Position numbers and translations under genes: made by a program
The notes under the pieces: generated by a model
Databases searched by the model: none
What the model was told of the DNA's origin: nothing
Seen by the model: the letters and a program-made list of their open reading frames with translations, nothing else
Source of the DNA: Bacillales bacterium UBA2753
GTDB lineage: Bacteria; Bacillota_I; Bacilli_A; RFN20; CAG-826
Length of the DNA: 64,000 nt
Reading direction: 5' to 3'
Assembly (NCBI GenBank): GCA_002353275.1
Contig: DEJH01000041.1
Coordinates: forward strand, 34,201 to 98,200
In this document: piece after piece, positions 59,516-64,000 of the stretch
How positions within the stretch are numbered: the first letter of the stretch is position 1
Layout: every line of letters starts with the position of its first letter

Positions 59516-62119
59516 TTAATCATCTTCTTTATCAAATGAAGGTATAACTACTTCAGATGCTCTCCATTTTGATTTATAAAAGCAAGGAACAAATTTCAAA
59601 ACCATATCTTCTTTTAATAAATGATAGTCAAAATCCAGATTGTAAAAACCGAAAGTAAAATATCTGGTGTTTTTACCTTTTATTGATCCAAACATTTTTT
59701 CTGTATCAATGGTTTTCAAATATCCAAATTCAAATGATTCAAATTTAAAGTTGAGAGTTTTAATGTCATAATCTGTTAAAAAGGATTCGTTGGTTTGATT
59801 TATGAAACGAATTTGATCTTCTGGTGTTTTTTCAAAAATAAAAATATATTTAAAATACTTTCTTGTAAACTCTTTCCCAATTTCAACTGCATCTTTATTA
59901 TTTACAGAGAGTACTAAGAAATCGTATATTTTCCTCAATCCTTTATAAAAACCAATTGTGTAAAAATCAGTCCTGACAGTATCAATATAGTTGATTAATT
60001 TAATTAATTTATTTTTTTTGGAACTAAAGTTTGATGGCTCTTCGTCTATTATTCTAAATTCGAGATCCACATATTCATTAATCATTTTAGATCTAAAACC
60101 ATCATCAATTTCGCTTGTTGGCTTCAGCAATTCAAATATAATGGCTTCCGCGTCTTTAAAATTCTTCTCGTATTTAAGAATTCTAGCATAATTAGCCTTA
60201 AAATAAGGGTTATCCGGAATGTACTCTAATGCGATTTTAATATGACGTTTTGCCTCGTCATAATTACCTACCTGATTATTTAAGAAAATAGAATAAATAC
60301 TCTCAATGTATGGAGCATTTGTTTCGTCGGCCTGTTCTAAAGCAATTTCAAAACATTCTCTAGCTTTATCAATAATGTAATTTTTTGCATAACAATAACC
60401 TGCAACTTTATATAAATCAGCAAATGAAGGAGAGGCTTTAGATGCTTTGTCAAACCAATCATCCATTGCATCAATATCCTGCTTGTTGGACGAATCAATA
60501 AAGTTGAGCATATAAATAGTGGCTATTTTTTCACTAGAGGTTTTTGGATTTAACGATAGAGGCTTATTTTTGCTTGTAATTTTATCATTTGTATAAAGAT
60601 TTTCAATTATACTTTCTAACTTATTGCTGCGATTAAGATAATCATTAAAAGAAATATCCTTTTTATTTATTTTCACCGATAAATATTTTCGTGCAAATTC
60701 TGGAACGCTATAAACACCGCGATCTATTTGCTGAAGAAAATTACAAGCACACAGTTCGTTTACGGCTAGTGCAGCCGATTCATAATCTTTATCGTATATA
60801 TAAACTATTTCAGCCATACCAAAATCTTTTTGTTTAATCATCATAATTGTTAAAACCGATTTGGCAGGTTCTGATAGTTTTTCAAACACATTTGATAAAC
60901 AATACTCGACTATCTCATCTTGATTTTTAATAACAAAATCTGGATTATTGCCTTTCCCGACATTAATTATGAACCATTTAATACAAAGCGGAGAACAATA
61001 AAGCTTTTCAGTATAATTATCAACTTCCTTATTACTAATATTTTTTAATAAGGTAACATCATAAACATCAACAAGTCTCCTAAAATAAAAATTGGCTTCA
61101 TCTTTTGTAAACGGATCTAAGGGAATTCTGGTTTCAAATTCCCCGATTCCAATCCTAGAAGTTATTAGAATTTTTGATCCATCAGGTACTTCTTCAAAAA
61201 GCTTTCGAACATCATTTGTATTAATTGTTTCAAGATTATCCAAAATTAGAAGCGTTTTAAAAGCGCCCATATAAAATAGCAAGTCATCGATTGCTGAAAC
61301 TTTTTCTTTATTTAGGATTTGATTTCTTTTAATACAATCATCGAAAGATTTGACATAGTTTTTTATATTTTTAAATTCGCCATCAACCAACGATTTTGTT
61401 TTTAATGATGTCCATAACACTTTCTCAAATGGAAAATCGTCCTCATCAATTAAATCCGAAATTAAACTAAGAACAATTGATGTTTTACCAATTCCTCCAT
61501 CTCCGATAATTGTTATAATCGGATACCGTCCATATAATTTTCTTTTTATATCTTTTTTCTTTTCTTCTCTCCCAATAAAACCAGTATCATCGTAATCTAC
61601 CAACGGCAAATTATTTTCGATCTGAGTTTGAATGTAAAGCAAGTCAAAATTTGGAGTTTTTTCATAGAAAACATTTGGATTTTTATCAATTAGTTCTATA
61701 CTGTTGTTTAAATGAGAAAAGCCAATAATAGTGTTAAAATTACTATAATCTCTTACAAATGATAATATTATCCCTTCTTCATCATGCTTGATTGGCCTGG
61801 AATGCATAACCTTGTTTCGAATAGGCGTGATTTCTTTTAATTTGGAGATTATTTTTTTTGTAATTACCGGATCTATATTATTTATTTTAAAATGTTGGTT
61901 TAATATTTCGACATAATCCCCAAAGTCTAAATACATAACGATGGAAGAATGGTCGTTTTTATCAATTTCTTTATTTGCTGCTCTTTCAAGTGCTTTTTCA
62001 GAGTAACCAAAAATATTGACATTGTTTTCAATAATGTATTCTCTCATATCGAGTTCAATTGAAGAAATATACTCAAACAACAAATTTCTTCTTAATTTAT
62101 AGTTCAAAAAAGTTGGCAT
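59516..62119 (-). CDS. STAND (NB-ARC-like) NTPase with C-terminal TPR repeats and an N-terminal HEPN-like domain, 867 aa
   Basis: Walker A ITIIGDGGIGKTSIVLSL. Walker B KTLLILDNLE. TPR-like helical repeats from about residue 560. N-terminal PIRNKVMHSRP (Rx4H). Confidence 0.75.
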   Translation of the reverse strand: MPTFLNYKLRRNLLFEYISSIELDMREYIIENNVNIFGYSEKALERAANKEIDKNDHSSIVMYLDFGDYVEILNQHFKINNIDPVITKKIISKLKEITPIRNKVMHSRPIKHDEEGIILSFVRDYSNFNTIIGFSHLNNSIELIDKNPNVFYEKTPNFDLLYIQTQIENNLPLVDYDDTGFIGREEKKKDIKRKLYGRYPIITIIGDGGIGKTSIVLSLISDLIDEDDFPFEKVLWTSLKTKSLVDGEFKNIKNYVKSFDDCIKRNQILNKEKVSAIDDLLFYMGAFKTLLILDNLETINTNDVRKLFEEVPDGSKILITSRIGIGEFETRIPLDPFTKDEANFYFRRLVDVYDVTLLKNISNKEVDNYTEKLYCSPLCIKWFIINVGKGNNPDFVIKNQDEIVEYCLSNVFEKLSEPAKSVLTIMMIKQKDFGMAEIVYIYDKDYESAALAVNELCACNFLQQIDRGVYSVPEFARKYLSVKINKKDISFNDYLNRSNKLESIIENLYTNDKITSKNKPLSLNPKTSSEKIATIYMLNFIDSSNKQDIDAMDDWFDKASKASPSFADLYKVAGYCYAKNYIIDKARECFEIALEQADETNAPYIESIYSIFLNNQVGNYDEAKRHIKIALEYIPDNPYFKANYARILKYEKNFKDAEAIIFELLKPTSEIDDGFRSKMINEYVDLEFRIIDEEPSNFSSKKNKLIKLINYIDTVRTDFYTIGFYKGLRKIYDFLVLSVNNKDAVEIGKEFTRKYFKYIFIFEKTPEDQIRFINQTNESFLTDYDIKTLNFKFESFEFGYLKTIDTEKMFGSIKGKNTRYFTFGFYNLDFDYHLLKEDMVLKFVPCFYKSKWRASEVVIPSFDKEDD

Positions 62120-62295
62120 ACTAACCCTTTATTTATTTTATTATTATATTTCCTATGCTACACATGCAACAAATTGTTATTAAAAATTGTTTTTAAAAAT
62201 CATTAACCAAAAACTATAAATTTTTATTGACATCAATTTGTATTGTAGTAATATATAGTCAATCGAAGAACCTATTCGTCGTCAAGAGGGATGGG

Positions 62296-64000
62296 TTATT
62301 TTTTTGCATTTAATTCCAAATACATTCTTTTGGCATAATTGTCAGTCATGCCACTAATAAAATCAATTATGAGTCTCATTTTAAGATATGCAACCATTTG
62401 TTTATTTGCGCCATCAATCTCAATAAAAAAATTATCAATCAATTTTTCAGGAATCAACAACAATATTTTATTCCTATAATCTCTGTCTTTTATTCCTTTT
62501 GAATTCTTAATTGTTTTATTTCTTTTATTTATTTTTGCATCAATAATAGCATCAAAAAACTCGCTCAATAGAAAGTTTAAAATTTTGTTTCCTTGAATTT
62601 CGTTAATAATAATTAACTTTGACGAAAATACTAAATCTGTTTTTATCTTGCCAAGTAATTTAATTATTTCGTGATATTGAGAAAAGTGGAGTAAATGAAA
62701 ATCCTCGCCAACCCCATTAACGACTATATGTTTATAAACGTTTAATCCAGTTTGAGGTATTGTTCCAATTTGATGGTAATTAAGTGAGGCGATTATATTT
62801 TCTCTCAATTCACTCAATAAAGGCCTGATTGTTATTTCGAAAGCCTCATGTCGATTTTTGTTATTCTTTATAGCTTTCGAAAATTTATTATCTAGCGAAT
62901 TATAAAAATTTGAGCAAATTGCATTCTTGTTGTTTTTGAAATAAAAAGCAAAATCTTCAAAAGATAAAACCTGCTTATGAATCGAATCTTCCAAATCCGA
63001 AAACAAATATGCGATATCATCTGCGGCCTCCAATACACAAGCAAAAGGATTCCTTTTGCCGTATATGAATACACCCAAATTATACAAATCATCTATGACG
63101 CTTTGTTCAGACAAAAAGAACCCAATTTTATTATTTTTTCCATTAGAAGAATGTGGGTATTTAATTATTGCGCCAAGTACTCCGGCCGACAAAGATGCGC
63201 CTCTCTTGTTTTTAAAAGGCATTAATTTTGAAGCAATTCTTAAAGATTGCGCATTTCCATCAAAAGAAATTAAATCATTAAAATAACTTGGGTATTTAAT
63301 TCCGATGCCATATTTGTTTAAAAAATCACCCTTGCTTTTAAAGAACGAATTAATGGTTTGTTCACCGGCATGACCAAAAGGCGGATTGCCAATATCGTGA
63401 AGCACACCAATAGTTCTACATAAAGAAATAGAATCTTGTAAATCAAACGTTAAAAATTTGTTGTTTATTGAAGCAGAATTAATAAAAACTTCCAACATTG
63501 AATTGCCTACTATTTGTTCAATGATAGCCGATACCTCAAGCGAATGAGCCAATCTTCTTCTTGAGTGATCAAATTCATCCATTAAGAAAAGTTGGGTTTT
63601 GTCTTGCAATCTACGGAATGTAGAAGAGGAAATGACCCGCAAATAATCAGATTCAAAATATGATAGTTTTTGTTCTCTATTACGAATATAGACACTATTG
63701 AACTGCTTTCTTATGCTCCATAATGCACCAGATGCATACTTATATATGTCAGCATAATTATTTGTTTGGACACAATTAATGAAATTATCTAAATTTTTTG
63801 CAGAATATGATGACGAGAATTTTGATCTTAAAAATACAAAGATGTTAATTAGATTTTTATATTTTTCAAAAAAATATTTAACATTGAGATAATTATTATT
63901 GTGAAGAGCAATCCTTAAGACGTGTTTTGCAGCGCAAAAAGCATTGATATCTATACTATTTTTTGTGATCTTAGAATGTGAAAAATCATCAATGTATGCT
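62296..64000 (-). CDS. dGTPase-family HD-domain triphosphohydrolase with N-terminal extension (5' end beyond window)
   Basis: STFRRLQDKTQLF, HSRRRLAHSLEV and LHDIGNPPFGH motifs. The reading frame stays open with no stop from 63642 up to 64000. The track start at 63640-63642 is a TTG. Confidence 0.7.
   Translation of the reverse strand, partial: AYIDDFSHSKITKNSIDINAFCAAKHVLRIALHNNNYLNVKYFFEKYKNLINIFVFLRSKFSSSYSAKNLDNFINCVQTNNYADIYKYASGALWSIRKQFNSVYIRNREQKLSYFESDYLRVISSSTFRRLQDKTQLFLMDEFDHSRRRLAHSLEVSAIIEQIVGNSMLEVFINSASINNKFLTFDLQDSISLCRTIGVLHDIGNPPFGHAGEQTINSFFKSKGDFLNKYGIGIKYPSYFNDLISFDGNAQSLRIASKLMPFKNKRGASLSAGVLGAIIKYPHSSNGKNNKIGFFLSEQSVIDDLYNLGVFIYGKRNPFACVLEAADDIAYLFSDLEDSIHKQVLSFEDFAFYFKNNKNAICSNFYNSLDNKFSKAIKNNKNRHEAFEITIRPLLSELRENIIASLNYHQIGTIPQTGLNVYKHIVVNGVGEDFHLLHFSQYHEIIKLLGKIKTDLVFSSKLIIINEIQGNKILNFLLSEFFDAIIDAKINKRNKTIKNSKGIKDRDYRNKILLLIPEKLIDNFFIEIDGANKQMVAYLKMRLIIDFISGMTDNYAKRMYLELNAKK

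Overview
The window is AT-rich (about 30% GC), uses the standard genetic code with long TGA-terminated ORFs, and comes from a low-GC bacterium. Its lipoproteins carry L-x-G-C lipoboxes. It has Listeria-Bacteroides (Flg_new) repeat surface proteins, a desulfoferrodoxin and HepT/MntA, which points to an anaerobic Bacillota/Erysipelotrichia or Acholeplasma-like organism. The taxonomy is inferred from sequence alone and was not verified.

Content from left to right:

- 1-12 kb, housekeeping and surface genes: the psuG N-terminus, a P-type cation ATPase, tadA, tRNA-Ala(UGC) and tRNA-Met(CAU) with promoters and terminators, a 964-aa surface lipoprotein, a Fic protein and an M6-type metalloprotease lipoprotein.
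- 12-15 kb: a cluster controlled by a WYL-domain regulator (WYL, a 283-aa protein, 171-, 77- and 47-aa ORFs) with a near-identical 23-nt operator-like motif duplicated in front of both transcription units.
- 15-18 kb: a roughly 200-nt structured leader (three related hairpins plus terminator) ahead of a multi-TM protein with a C-terminal OmpR/SARP-like winged helix.
- 18-21 kb: a HepT/MntA toxin-antitoxin pair whose MntA carries an N-terminal HTH, an XRE-HTH fused to a Vat-type hexapeptide acetyltransferase with palindromic operators, and desulfoferrodoxin.
- 21-27 kb: a 1108-aa surface protein sharing a Cys-rich IPALGH module with the 964-aa lipoprotein, a GC-rich inverted repeat beside a NUMOD-type protein, and two paralogous DUF3990 cassettes (the first is at 2.8-4.2 kb).
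- 28-47 kb: a capsule/exopolysaccharide locus. It holds a PglC-like sugar transferase, CapG/CapF-like UDP-L-FucNAc pathway enzymes, GT1/GT2/GT-A glycosyltransferases, a TupA-like ATP-grasp protein and a fused Wzy-Wzx protein. One transferase is frameshifted. The locus is interrupted by a 5 kb three-gene insert: KAP/YobI-like membrane NTPase, minimal nucleotidyltransferase, Abi_2/HEPN protein.
- 47-49 kb: an IS30-like insertion sequence.
- 49-51 kb: a split OLD/PARIS-like pair (ABC-type ATPase plus small Toprim-like protein).
- 51-64 kb: a second defence-flavoured block, all on the minus strand. It is bounded by a decayed GT2 3' fragment and an intact GT2 gene. It contains a GC-rich structured element, two membrane/unknown proteins, a 496-aa unknown, a 260-aa unknown, a TIR-like protein, a STAND NTPase with TPR repeats and an HEPN-like N-terminus, and a dGTPase-family HD hydrolase whose ORF stays open to the window edge.

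No CRISPR array, rRNA or complete prophage was found. The most likely candidates for undescribed systems are the KAP-NTase-Abi_2 cassette (33.0-38.0 kb), the TIR-like/260-aa/496-aa cassette with its STAND and dGTPase neighbours (54.9-64 kb), and the WYL-regulated cluster (12.1-14.9 kb).
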